From: Diploschistes diacapsis | Taxonomy: Eukaryota | Assembly: GCA_023645945.1 (NCBI GenBank) | Contig: JALAIB010000033.1 | Coordinates: 1-43,691, forward strand | Length of the DNA stretch: 43,691 bases | Direction: 5' to 3' | Shown here: positions 16,501 through 25,600 of the stretch, piece after piece | Position numbering within the stretch: position 1 is the stretch's first letter | Layout of the letters: the number at the start of each line of letters is the position of its first letter | Translations under genes and position numbers: made by a program | Notes under the pieces: generated by a model | Databases searched by the model: none | Seen by the model: the letters and a program-made list of their open reading frames with translations, nothing else | Told to the model about the DNA's origin: nothing

Positions 16501-19500
16501 GAGGAAGGCAGGTTTCGATTGCAACCTGAGAGCGATCTTCTCGCAGCCTACAGTAGAGAAGATAGCTCACTTGCCGAAGCTTCAACAAGGCTCTAACCAG
16601 TACAAAGATCTCTTCGGGCATAGGATCGCGAGGTTGAGGAAATTTGAAGAGCGAATCAAAAACTCTACGGTACTTAATCTTAACGCCATAGAAACAGTTC
16701 GGCCCTGCCTGCCGTTGCAGGAAGGCTTTGTTGTTCGGAGCCTCGATACTGTCGCCGAGCCTGTCTACATTAGCAACTTTTTGTTGAAGTTACAGAGCAA
16801 TGTCCGCATTAATGGTCTGAAGGATGCTTGGTCAGCCCTAATCGCAAACACTCCAATCTTGAGGACTTGCTTCCGCCAGATCGGTTCTAAGATTGTCCAG
16901 GTCGTTCTGCGAGCGGATGCTGTGCCTCTGCAGTGGAAAGAGGTCTCCCAAGCTAATGAAGAGAATTCAGAAAATCTAACTCGCCAGGTGCAACAAAGAG
17001 CATTCCAGGACATCATGGCAAGATTCGAAGATCGACCGCCTCTGAGGTTCTACGTCATGACTGTTGCTGGCACTGTATTTCTATCCTTGTCAATCCATCA
17101 TGCGCTATTTGATGCTGTTTCCTTGAATCTTATGTTCAGCGATGTCCATGATCTATACCAGGGGCAAATACCTAAGCCTCGAACATCATTTGATGAGTTG
17201 TTGGGCTACGTTTTCTCGCAGGACCAGTTAAGACAGCAGTCCTTCTGGACTAGATACCTGACCAGTTATGATAGCCGATCCACCTTGGCGAAATCTGCCG
17301 ATGCCGAGGATATCACCTTTGAGCAAGATCTGTCTCTCAAGCTGTCAACGTTACGCTCGCTGGCATCGAACTTAAAAGTTACACTATCGACTCTGTGCCA
17401 TACGTGTTTTGGAGTGGTTCTTTCGCAACTTTTGGGTCAAGACGATGTGGTCTTTGGAATTGTCCTCTCTGGACGTACGGTCCCAATTGAACAGCCGGAA
17501 AATATCCTCTCACCTTGTATGACGACGATCCCTCAAAGGATCAAGTTGAACGATAGTCGAACGCTAGCCCAAGTCATGTCCGAGGCGCAATCAGAATTGG
17601 GAACATGCTTAGAATTTCAACACACGTCACCGGGGCATATCAACCGTTGGGTTGGCGCTGGGGTGTCTCTCTTCGAGTGTTTGTTTCAGTATTTGGGGGA
17701 AGCCGAGACTCATCCAAGTTGGACGGATCTTTGGGCCGAGGGAGGTGGGTTCATGAACCTTGATAACAGTCTAACGGTAGAAATCAAACCTAATCAAGAA
17801 ATTGATAGCGTAACTGCACGTATCTTTCTCAAGTCGGTCCCCAATGGAGCTAACAAAGCTACAACTTTTATACATGCAATAAGTCGGCTTTTTGAAGTTT
17901 TATTGCATAACCCTAGCCTCACGGTAGATGAAGTGAGGAACGAAGAAAGTAATACTGCATACGAAGGCTTGGAACCAAAGCTACATGACGAACTTCGTTG
18001 GTCGCCGAACGAGAAGATGTTGAGAGACCAAATCTCCGAGGTTGCAGGTCTACATCATTCCTATGTGACCAAGAATGTTTCCTTCTTTCAGCTTGGGATT
18101 GATTCCGTAACCGCAATGCTAATATCAAGTGCAATCCGTCGTAAGGGGCTTCACGTACAAACTTCCGACTTGATGCAATACCCTAATATTGGTTCTCTTG
18201 TTGAGTATCTGGGGACTAAAGATAAGCAGAAATCCAAGACCACGAGCGACGGTACTGACCTCCAACCTGATGACTTTCTTATGAAATACCGGGACCAAAT
18301 TCCTATTGTCAATAGTGACGATGAAATCAAAGCAGCCTATGCCTGTACGCCTTTACAAAATGGAATGATTACTGCCACATTGGCAGCTAATGCTGGACTT
18401 TACTTGCATCATCATGTTGTTCGACTGAATCCCAATATTATAGCCATAGAACTCCATCGTGCCTGGCAAAGGGTCATGGAAGCAAACGAGATCTTGCGCA
18501 CTTCGTTTCACCTTTTCGAGCCTTCAAGTGCTTGGATTGCGGCAGTACATGGATCAACGTCTACTGGACATATTAGAAATGCCACTGCCCAATCTCTGGA
18601 GAACTATTTGTACACGGTAGGCAGAAGAATGGTATTGACGACTAAAAAAGCCTTCGCAACGCCCCCGTTGGAAGCGAGCATATTGAAGACACCTTCAGAC
18701 CGTTTCTTTGTACTTTCAATGCACCACGCACTGTACGATGGAATTTCAATGATGTACCTTTTTGACGAATTAGCTCTTGCATACCAGAAACACGCCCTCC
18801 CTAACAAGTTGCCTTTTCATCAAGCCGCAACACTCATACATCAAAAGAATGTAGAATCAGTGACCTTCTGGGTTGAGAGCTTGAAGAACTATACGGGGAA
18901 AAGGCTTGTAGAAGGGCGAAGTGTTGGGAAGAATCATACAGTTCGCAATGAGAAAATATGTCGCTTGGGTCTCCATGATACTTTAGAGAAGGCCCAGCGC
19001 CTTGGTGTGACTCTTCAAACAGTTGCGCTGCTAGCCTTTGGCAAGGTACTTGCGATTAGACTGGAACGGAGAGACGTCGTGTTCGGGCATGTCGTATCTG
19101 GACGATCTTTGTATCCGGACGACAGGATTATTGGTCCGCTATTCAACACTGTCCCTTTACGCATTCGATTTCCGAACTTGCGGAGATCCAATAAGCACTC
19201 GGCGCGGAAGTTGCAAGTCTTTACTGGCGCTTCGCAGGACCATCTTCATGCACCCTTGCAAACCATCCAGAACAAGTGGCGTCGACTACCAAATAGCCGG
19301 TCTGCCAACCTTTTCGATGCTTTGTTCCTCTTCCAAAAGGGATTCGATAAGTTTGGGGGCGAGGGACTCTGGACTCCCGTGGAGCTCAGCAACGGGAGCA
19401 TGAACTCAGAATACGCTCTGAACTTTGAATTAGAGCAAAGATTGGATCGACTTATACTACGAGCCTCATGTGCTGAATCGCTTATGTCTAAACATGAGTT

Positions 19501-21340
19501 GACCTACATCATGGTCCAATTCGAGGAAGCCGTTCTCGACATCCTAGATCACCCCAAGTATGATGTGACTTGTTTCCCGCGTGGGCTAGATTGTCTGCCA
19601 CTGGAAGCACCACAATCTTACGATACTTCTCAGGACGAGCCACTAATAGGTCGCGGGTCGGACGCAAAGATCAATGACCTGCGTCTAATCTTGGCCGAGG
19701 TATCAGGGCTGTCTTCGAAAAGTATTACCGTGGATACAAGCATCTTCAGACTCGGGCTAGATTCGGTTTCGGCCATCAAGGTGGCCTCGTTATGCAGAGA
19801 GAAGGAGTTGAATCTTTGCGTGGCGGATATTATTCAGGGGCAGACACTCTACGGGATTTGGAAGCGCCTGTCGACTCATCCCCAGAACCACGATAGAACC
19901 ATGCAAGATGTTATAGACGTTAGCGTTGACAATCTAGGCTTTAACCCGCTAAAGCCTCATGAGATAGAGGCGGCCCTACCGTGCCTAGGTGGGCAAGAGT
20001 ATCATATTGCGAATTGGCATGGTTGCAGTGGCGTATCTTACTATCCGACCTTTGCATTCTCTTCTACCGAGAAATTGGACATCACACGACTACAGGAGGC
20101 ATGGGACGAGCTGAGATCGAAATGGTCGATATTGCGAACAACATTCGTGGCAACAGCTATGAGCAAAGCTGCACAAATGATTTCTAAGCCATTATACACG
20201 GGCACAAGTATCGTTGAGACACACACAATTGACTCTCCTCGCCGTACCAATCTTGTGCTTGACCAGATCTCCTTTTGGAGCAATCAGGCTTTCAAAGGCT
20301 TATCGCCGGTGAGGTTAGTCCTGCTTCGAAACCTCGAACGCGACATGATCCTTCTCACTATCCATCACGCGCTTTACGATGCATGGACTATTCCAACAAT
20401 GATCTCCGACCTCGATAAGCTTTACCACAACTACCGACTCGACCCCAAACCCGACTTTTCCGAGTTTGTCCGGTATTCTCTCCAGCAAAAGCTTCACCTC
20501 AATTCGAAAGCGTATTGGCAGCGCTCGCTCAAAAACAAGGAAATCTCTCTACTCCCGTCCTCCGCTAACGCTCTGGACTCGAAGGGTGCAGGGAAAGTCC
20601 TCGTTTCCCTCCCTTCCGCTCTAACCAGCCTGTCTATTCTCCGCGAAGATAGCCGCAAACATAATCTCTCGCTATCCTCTATCCTCATCCTTGCCTTTGC
20701 GCGGCTTATCGCCCACGCTACGAGCACCGAAAATCCAACCTTTGGAAATTTCCACCACGGCCGCTCGTCATCGTTCCCTGACATTGAGGCCGTGCCGGGG
20801 CCGACACTGAACGTCCTCCCTCTGGTTATATGCAACGCCATTAGCATGAACACTGTGGAAGCGGCGAAAAAGATACAGACTGACCTGGCCACTCGGATAG
20901 ATTATGGACAGGATAGTCTTACCGAAGTACTATCCTGGGCTGCCGAGGGTGCCGAACAGGAGGACACCAAGCCGCTGTTCAACGCATTCGTCAATATCCT
21001 CCCGTGCCCGCCTGGCTCTAGCCCCACGCAGGAAGGTCAGACGCCGCTGTTTGAGCTGCTGGACCTTGGTCCACCGTCACAGCTTATGACGACCGGTCCA
21101 TCAAACATCACCGAGGTGCCCCAAGGTCAAGGCAAAGTGCCAAAGCTCGTCTGGCCATGTCTCGCGAAAGAAGCGCTGTACGTTGACATCGTGCTCAACG
21201 AGGACGGGGATCGAGCGGATCTGGTGGCAAGGGCGGAGGGGGGACTGATGGACGAGGCGCGCTTGCGAAAGTGGTTGGGAGATTTGGTGAAGGAAGTGGA
21301 GGACTGCGCCAAGGGCCTGGGAGAGGAAGGGGAGATCTGA
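10520..21340 (+). CDS. sidC: Ferrichrome-family siderophore NRPS (SidC/NPS2-like), 3606 aa, intronless; architecture partial-C-A-T-C-A-T-C-T-C-T-C
   Basis: Two A domains (YLIWTSGTTGPPKGV/YNTYGPAE/LYLTGD near 11890; YLLYTSGSTGQPKGV/VNAYGPTE/MYRTGD near 15200). Four T sites (LGIDS ~13105, LGLNS ~16460, LGIDS ~18095, LGLDS ~19755). Four C-domain HHxxxD motifs (~13760, ~17096, ~18722, ~20363). The terminal A-T-C-T-C-T-C and the divergent sidA are diagnostic of ferrichrome synthetases. Confidence 0.92.
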   Translation: MALSSQTSLESFTGTEGIETIHHQQLPKTTSPVDSCEVPFPCLSGLRKEAFSNNKTEVSWAASHSWEWAESALSDMEVTFSALLQASCGLILAAYCGLSLEDISFRFCSVEDFHRCADPSDPEFAWPVRFNRTKIVTNRDVLQQLCQYGGRPDLDPHDGSGVESLPNTSVRDFRPIYLRDFVLISQDGADSHFSIHDHSNESTTRVVLVKVMVDSDRIIEYRAIFSDKHLSGTAAVMMLRQLNEIVWWILSNPDASFKNAMDGIPSHLKLKASLSSVPLESTCNQSFPLLQSQFEHRAVVHAADVALSYVEELDDGQLCSREWSYGSLNFDSIKLAQYLLNQFGNLRGTIIPILMHKEPHLYITILAVLKSGSAWCPIDPLAPAERRYSLIARTESSILLTSSGFVKESLEAKISGLRVLDVPETMAAISGSPSDPRFSPPALSKDAAANGPAYLIWTSGTTGPPKGVVISHSAAVTSMVALQKEIPNDPVRCMQFSQHTFDVFVQDLFYTWGLGGTVIAASRELMTGSFARLANFAKATHAHLTPSFAADLPRSSCPTLRVVTMIGERLAQHVADAWNSEYRSYNTYGPAEAAVVSTVAQIGGFDGTMKSANIGRPLNSVSCHVLQNGKVAMVNAIGELALGGCQLADGYFKDPVKTAEKFVWNDEIGERLYLTGDNVRMLSCYNLEFLGRLDDLVKIQGIRVELSEISFALSGCHDFAKEIHTLFLRRRDRPARIIVTFISMQMASSAEPLVVLNHTAVQIATAAMAHARQSLPDYMVPSAFVVIDHMPYTTSTKLNKRELEKMYACLDIAEWESKVDLEARSESERQNWTQRDLQVLEAVAITTKSSIKAISGSSYLPALGIDSLASGKLCSRLQEADLHVSVADILRCRTINDLLKCVGADKKQKPPSQASPSLFREDQWLPVLKTRFFPEASIVLPATPLQEGLLVEAIGTRMSYWNNRCFNLPPDIDVNWLRSTWQEVCDRTEALRTTFITKSEVETSQLTNDSHCTFVQVINSHWAVDWSIIGYDKSSLAESCRLRAQEIAHQCAEAAFKRPPWAVTLFKGAEKDRLTMMIAVHHILHDEISFQYLLSDLWNIYGRTKSVPRRRQMHDAIPKIYNCLSSYHSRNFRFWEEQLKGYAEFGSAQLPNLGGDLTCGSRNAAQAMVSKYLEVQIPEYEMNHVVQLLQVSPASFFRAAWGYILLQYFEVPKIVFGDATSERIYYPELADAIAPLLSVVPIAFESFSTPRELLQRHEKNVLLFREHRSISATTVRKLMGRPQRQPLYVALFNYFQDSNSSINPWEEIKDLVGLSVEHPLALNVQKLHASDKWALEVYGDRATISSEHLGIVCQQVAALVPAMIGHLDKPIPSLFTVSLRDAVSHTRSEIKGAFTSDDLTNPTRWASLHESVDPGWAAVEVADKIKKHETSTVTWNFATLDKESNKIAGYLCDAGLRRETVAMCTTRSLISYAAILGIFKSGNTYLPIDDSLPKKRKLFLLADSHASIIFTDSICRTAFTEAPLHCRVVNLDSQEEIRKLSVFENARVLFSSDPNDNAYLLYTSGSTGQPKGVFISYRNLCNFVEGLVEVIGNCFPKAMSLRGRGKFLGLASRAFDVHICEIFLGWRLGLCAVTAPREVLLDDLRLALTELKVTHACFVPTLLDQAGLEPDDVPELTYFSVGGEKITPKILEVWGSQNKTLVVNAYGPTELAIGCCASRVTSQSDPKNIGRPFGNTVVHVLIPETFDYAIRGQSGELCVSGELVGNGYLKRPDAVGFVDDFNGQKMYRTGDIVRMMADGSLEYLGRNDDQTKIRGQRIELGEVSECIKDVVGMGVDVASLVLQHPDRQRPQLVSFIAPALERQHRYGAIPCIKSAAPAAWSEARAGCRERLAGYMLPDHVIPTSVIPLALSSGKVDVKLLKYLFVTLSLPQLFALAKEEEKKGDVRRRLTEDEEIVAGLAHEALSVERVNILHDTNLFELGLNSLSAVSLSGRLRKAGFDCNLRAIFSQPTVEKIAHLPKLQQGSNQYKDLFGHRIARLRKFEERIKNSTVLNLNAIETVRPCLPLQEGFVVRSLDTVAEPVYISNFLLKLQSNVRINGLKDAWSALIANTPILRTCFRQIGSKIVQVVLRADAVPLQWKEVSQANEENSENLTRQVQQRAFQDIMARFEDRPPLRFYVMTVAGTVFLSLSIHHALFDAVSLNLMFSDVHDLYQGQIPKPRTSFDELLGYVFSQDQLRQQSFWTRYLTSYDSRSTLAKSADAEDITFEQDLSLKLSTLRSLASNLKVTLSTLCHTCFGVVLSQLLGQDDVVFGIVLSGRTVPIEQPENILSPCMTTIPQRIKLNDSRTLAQVMSEAQSELGTCLEFQHTSPGHINRWVGAGVSLFECLFQYLGEAETHPSWTDLWAEGGGFMNLDNSLTVEIKPNQEIDSVTARIFLKSVPNGANKATTFIHAISRLFEVLLHNPSLTVDEVRNEESNTAYEGLEPKLHDELRWSPNEKMLRDQISEVAGLHHSYVTKNVSFFQLGIDSVTAMLISSAIRRKGLHVQTSDLMQYPNIGSLVEYLGTKDKQKSKTTSDGTDLQPDDFLMKYRDQIPIVNSDDEIKAAYACTPLQNGMITATLAANAGLYLHHHVVRLNPNIIAIELHRAWQRVMEANEILRTSFHLFEPSSAWIAAVHGSTSTGHIRNATAQSLENYLYTVGRRMVLTTKKAFATPPLEASILKTPSDRFFVLSMHHALYDGISMMYLFDELALAYQKHALPNKLPFHQAATLIHQKNVESVTFWVESLKNYTGKRLVEGRSVGKNHTVRNEKICRLGLHDTLEKAQRLGVTLQTVALLAFGKVLAIRLERRDVVFGHVVSGRSLYPDDRIIGPLFNTVPLRIRFPNLRRSNKHSARKLQVFTGASQDHLHAPLQTIQNKWRRLPNSRSANLFDALFLFQKGFDKFGGEGLWTPVELSNGSMNSEYALNFELEQRLDRLILRASCAESLMSKHELTYIMVQFEEAVLDILDHPKYDVTCFPRGLDCLPLEAPQSYDTSQDEPLIGRGSDAKINDLRLILAEVSGLSSKSITVDTSIFRLGLDSVSAIKVASLCREKELNLCVADIIQGQTLYGIWKRLSTHPQNHDRTMQDVIDVSVDNLGFNPLKPHEIEAALPCLGGQEYHIANWHGCSGVSYYPTFAFSSTEKLDITRLQEAWDELRSKWSILRTTFVATAMSKAAQMISKPLYTGTSIVETHTIDSPRRTNLVLDQISFWSNQAFKGLSPVRLVLLRNLERDMILLTIHHALYDAWTIPTMISDLDKLYHNYRLDPKPDFSEFVRYSLQQKLHLNSKAYWQRSLKNKEISLLPSSANALDSKGAGKVLVSLPSALTSLSILREDSRKHNLSLSSILILAFARLIAHATSTENPTFGNFHHGRSSSFPDIEAVPGPTLNVLPLVICNAISMNTVEAAKKIQTDLATRIDYGQDSLTEVLSWAAEGAEQEDTKPLFNAFVNILPCPPGSSPTQEGQTPLFELLDLGPPSQLMTTGPSNITEVPQGQGKVPKLVWPCLAKEALYVDIVLNEDGDRADLVARAEGGLMDEARLRKWLGDLVKEVEDCAKGLGEEGEI

Positions 21341-21828
21341 GAGGAGTATGATGGTTTCTAGAATGAGACAGGGCGACGGAGGACGGCTGGGGGCATCATT
21401 TCGAGAATTCATCTGACGATGACCGAGATGATGAAGTTCGGAGGGAAGGAGGCTCCGCTCTTACAACTGCCGCTTACTATACGTGGCGTTTTGCATGCAG
21501 TATTATGCTCGCTCGTGCCTTTAATTAGTAGGCAGCCTGTCTGGATTGAACTTTGAGCCAAGTCGACAAGTTAAAAATCAGCAATAACATATCGGCTTCT
21601 CACGAATCCAACGTTCCACACTCTCTCGCACTGGAAGATATGGAGCAACATGAATGCACAGAAACCAATGAAGCAAGCCGGGCCAATCGAAATCATCATC
21701 ATTTCAACCATGAGTGAAACCCATGGCACGGGGCAAAGGGAACCTGGAACCTAGCTACAAGAAGTACTAGTCGATAGATAGCTACATCGAGCACCCCACG
21801 CATGCATGCACGCACAAGTACCTTTTTC

Positions 21829-21925
21829 CCCATCCAGCCCAGCCCAGTGCAGTGCGGTGCAATCCAGAACCATTTCTGCGCCTTCCATCCCATTCCCTTC
21901 CCATTCCCTTCACTTCCCTTCCCAT
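21829..21925 (+). repeat. Low-complexity pentamer repeats (CCCAG)n and (CCCAT/CCCTT)n
   Basis: catccagcccagcccag...ccttccatcccattcccttcccattcccttcacttcccttcccat seen directly. Confidence 0.75.
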
Positions 21926-22208
21926 ACAAACAAAGCTCGGGATGAACCACCGGCGGCGCCTGCCCGTCCGTCCGTACGCTCTCCCCAACCCAATTTCCGA
22001 CCGGGCTCCAGATCGGACGCGGAAGCGTAGGAAAAACGTTGGGAATGCCGGGAGGAAGGGTAAAGGGGGGGGGTGGGGAGCAGGAAGAGAATCAAAGACC
22101 GTAGAAGCAGCCAGAAAAACCAAGACGACGACGATGGCACGGAAGGAACAGACAAGGCCCGCTATGTGGGGGCCGTGCTAGGTACGGATTAGATAGGTGG
22201 GATGCAAT

Positions 22209-22224
22209 GCGCGCGCGCGCGCGC
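22209..22224. repeat. (GC)8 dinucleotide microsatellite within an alternating purine-pyrimidine run (22207-22229)
   Basis: atgcgcgcgcgcgcgcgcacacg read directly. Confidence 0.9.
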
Positions 22225-22619
22225 ACACGACGATGGAAAAAGCGCTTGAGGGGCCATGCGAACGGGAAACTCTGGGCGAGTCCGGCGGTGGGGCCTCTGC
22301 TTCTTCTTCGGGTTCTTATTGCCGTGTCCATGCCTGTCCCTGCTCTGCCGCTCCGAGGAGCTGCAAAAGCGCGTTGGTGCCGGGTATATATGGTACAGAA
22401 AGGTCGACAGCGCGCGCTTGACCATGAAGTTGGCGAAGAAGGTTGGAGGAGGAGGAGAAGAAGAAGAATGAAAGGCGCCGAAACGGTTGTGGTACAAATT
22501 TTGACATATAAGTGGTGTGAGGAAGTGCCCGAGAAGATAGTTACCGACAAAGAGGAAGAGGGGGAATAACGTCGAAACGGCTGCTGCGTCACAAAGACAG
22601 TTTGAGCCCATCCTCCCTT

Positions 22620-25600
22620 TCACGAAGCCAGTTTCGCAAAATGCTTGTTCCAGATCCACCCCACCTGGTTCCGCTCATCGTCCTGGTTCTTTGCGAGCCA
22701 GAGCTCCCCCTTTTCACCAATGACGTCGAAGATCTCGCCCGCCACATAGGTCAGGTAAGGATATCCTGCCTCCCGTCTCGCCTTGTCGATGTTAAACTCG
22801 TAAACGCTCGCCGCGAGGAAGAGAACGGTAAGATCCTGCGGCGGTTTGGCTTCGTCAATGATGCCTTGCGATGGTGAAGAGGCGCGGGGCGAGTCCGACA
22901 TGGGCATGGCGGACGAGAAGATGCCCGAGTATCGCCGGCTTGGGCTGGGGAAGGGACCATCGCGGCCGGCTATGTAGCGGGTACTCTCCGAGTCGGGACG
23001 CAGGCGGTTCTGCGCTTCGGAACTGTAGCGCGCCCCCTCTGAGCGGTAAGAAGAGTCGTAGCTGCGACCGGTTGCGGTCGAAGGGCGGTTGGGGTGGGTG
23101 CCCGCGATGGGAAGACCGCTTGGGTGGTTACGCCAGCCACCAGGAATATCGGGTGTTACTGGACTTCTACTGGATGCTGAAGAGTTTGCGCGAATGCGAA
23201 GGCCTATACCAGGTTGAGCGAGGTTGTTGGCCGCCGGTTGTGTTAGGCCGAAACCTTCTGTAGGGCGGCCAAAGTCGGGAGATGGAAGCATTGGAGATAT
23301 ACCACCATGGGCGGAGAGGCCGCGGCCCCGGAGGTTGTCCGATGTTGCATTTGATATCGCCCGTGGTCGGTACTCCTCCGGCGTCACAGACGGACGCCTT
23401 GAGCCGCCTTCGTTGAGAGTTGTGCCTCCTAGGCTCGGACGCGAGGAGCCAAAGGAAGTGAAATTGCTAGCGTCTGCAATCATCGAGCCGTTGCATACAC
23501 CAAGCGACAATACTTGAGCTTCGATATACCGAAAGTCGGCAGCAAAATCTGCTTGAACCACGTCAAAGGAAACCGGAACCTCGGTTAGCTGGATAGCTTG
23601 CATCAATTTTCTCTTCCACACGCTAGTCCATTGAAGCTGATGCTGCACGAAGTTGTTCAGGCAGGCTTCGACAAGCTTACCGGTAAGCAAAAAAAGCCTC
23701 GGAAGCTCGTCTTTTAGAGTGTCATTGACAGCAAGAAATTGCTCGCTTTGTTCACTAGTCTTCTTGTCAGGCTTCTCCCCTCTATCCTTGATGGCTTTGA
23801 ACTTGGCAAAGTCGGCCACACGCTTCTTCCTCTTCTCCATCAGCCTCTGAGGGCCATCGTGCAGCTTGAGAAGCGTTGTCATCGGTTCGATGGCATATTT
23901 TCGCACGGCAGCAACCTGTAACAATCGTTAGTAATGATGAGAGGACTCTGCTCGGATCGATGCCTACATGGTCGGGAAGGGCCGTGTTCAGCATCTCCTT
24001 CATGATCAGCCTAAACTTTCTCCATTTGCTCTCCAATAGCGGATACGTCGTTAAGTTGACGTCAATATACTGATCGATTGCGATAGCCGCCTCGTTAAAC
24101 TGATGTACCCATTTCGTAACGTCTTCAACGTACATCTCCACATCCCGCATGACAACCTGCAGTTGGAAAAAGTGCGACCCGAACCGCTCGGATATCCTGT
24201 CATACTCGCGATCTTGGAAGTTGTCGATGACCCCAACTTGCTGCTTGAGCTTCTCGCTCCTCCGTCCGAAGGCCTTAGGAAGGCCAAGGCGCCCTTCCTC
24301 TTTTCGCTTTGCCTTGCTGGCTCCCGTTACTTGCTCAACCAGATCGGCACGCTTCTTGGCATCATTAATACGCTTCGAGACTCCAACCAGTTCCCGCGCA
24401 GCAGTGTCCAATTTGACGAAGTCGGGATGGTTTTCCGGAGTTACTTCCACCAACTCTTTGAGAAGAAGTGGATATTTTAGAATGCGCTGGACTGGCTTGA
24501 CAAGCAACGAGTCCAAGTCCCAAGCGGTCGTCAGATCATGAGCATATGTGCGACACTGGTTCAGCCAGACCTGAACTTTTTGTAACTTCTGCAGTTGCTG
24601 GAGCTTTTGGCTTGCCGACTCGTGGTTCTTCAGATAGTCCGTATAGACTCTCTCCATCTCAACAATATTTTCTAGGAACGCGGCACCCACGGTAGTCATT
24701 CGATCTTTATCTTCATCGGTCGTTTCTGGTCCGCCGAATGAAGTCTGATCATCTGACATGGTGCTCTCCGTCGTTGCACTACTGTCTCGTTTGCTTCTCC
24801 AGCGCTTGGACTTTTGAAGCACGTACACGCTTTTCGCAGACATTTTCAACGAGTCCAGGAACGTCGTCGAAAACGAAACAATATCGTGAGCGTTGCCGAA
24901 GAGGGCTTTGGCGTCCTCTGGGGAGCCCAGGACCATGTTCGAAGTGCCTTTGTAGATATCAACCACGACCGTCATATCCTGGCCAAAGGATGATTCCGTA
25001 TCGACCATCTCTTTGATGATGTGCTTTCTCCTTGTGATTTTTTTGAGCTGCTCTGCTGACATAGAGCTCGCTTTCGTGGGCGCTTCAGAGGAGATAGAGG
25101 GCCTTTTGCTCTCTGTGGGTTCTATCGTCGAAGACTCGGCTTCAGACACCCTTTTGTGTATGACAGGGGATCCAGCATGGATCTCTCCATTCTGGATCCT
25201 TCCGAAACTGTCCACGGTTCTGGTCTGGCCGATGCTGCTGGTCCTCGGCTGAACCGTCTTCCGGGGGGGTGAAGGTGGAATAGCCTTTTCGACTTTGCGA
25301 TTGGGTGAAGTATAGATCTCGCTGACCGATGCTTGCGGCTGAGCAGTCTGTTCGAGATACGGGGTCTGCGGTGTGTCCTCGCTCAGATCAAGAATGCCGA
25401 GTCCTCCCTGGGGAATGTCTGGTAACAGAGACCGATTTCGAGGATGCGTAAGGTTGTCGGAGCCGGATGTGTTGCGTGCCCTCAAGGTATTATCCTTCTC
25501 ATCAGCAGGAGTGTCCAAGGCTTGGCGTGTAATCCAGTCGAGCATGGACGGCGACGTGTTCAGCCAGTCCTCCGCATTGTTCAAACTTGCACGGTTGAGG

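Noticed and set aside
21699..22659. Many overlapping ORFs of 60-170 aa in the NRPS-RhoGEF spacer
   Set aside because: They arise from GC-rich low-complexity repeats lacking stop codons, and show no domain or consistent gene structure.
23782..23967. Apparent frameshift or pseudogenisation splitting the RhoGEF into two ORFs (similarly TERT, sidA, eIF3b and SERCA)
   Set aside because: Each break is resolved by an intron with a canonical donor, branch point and acceptor that restores the frame.
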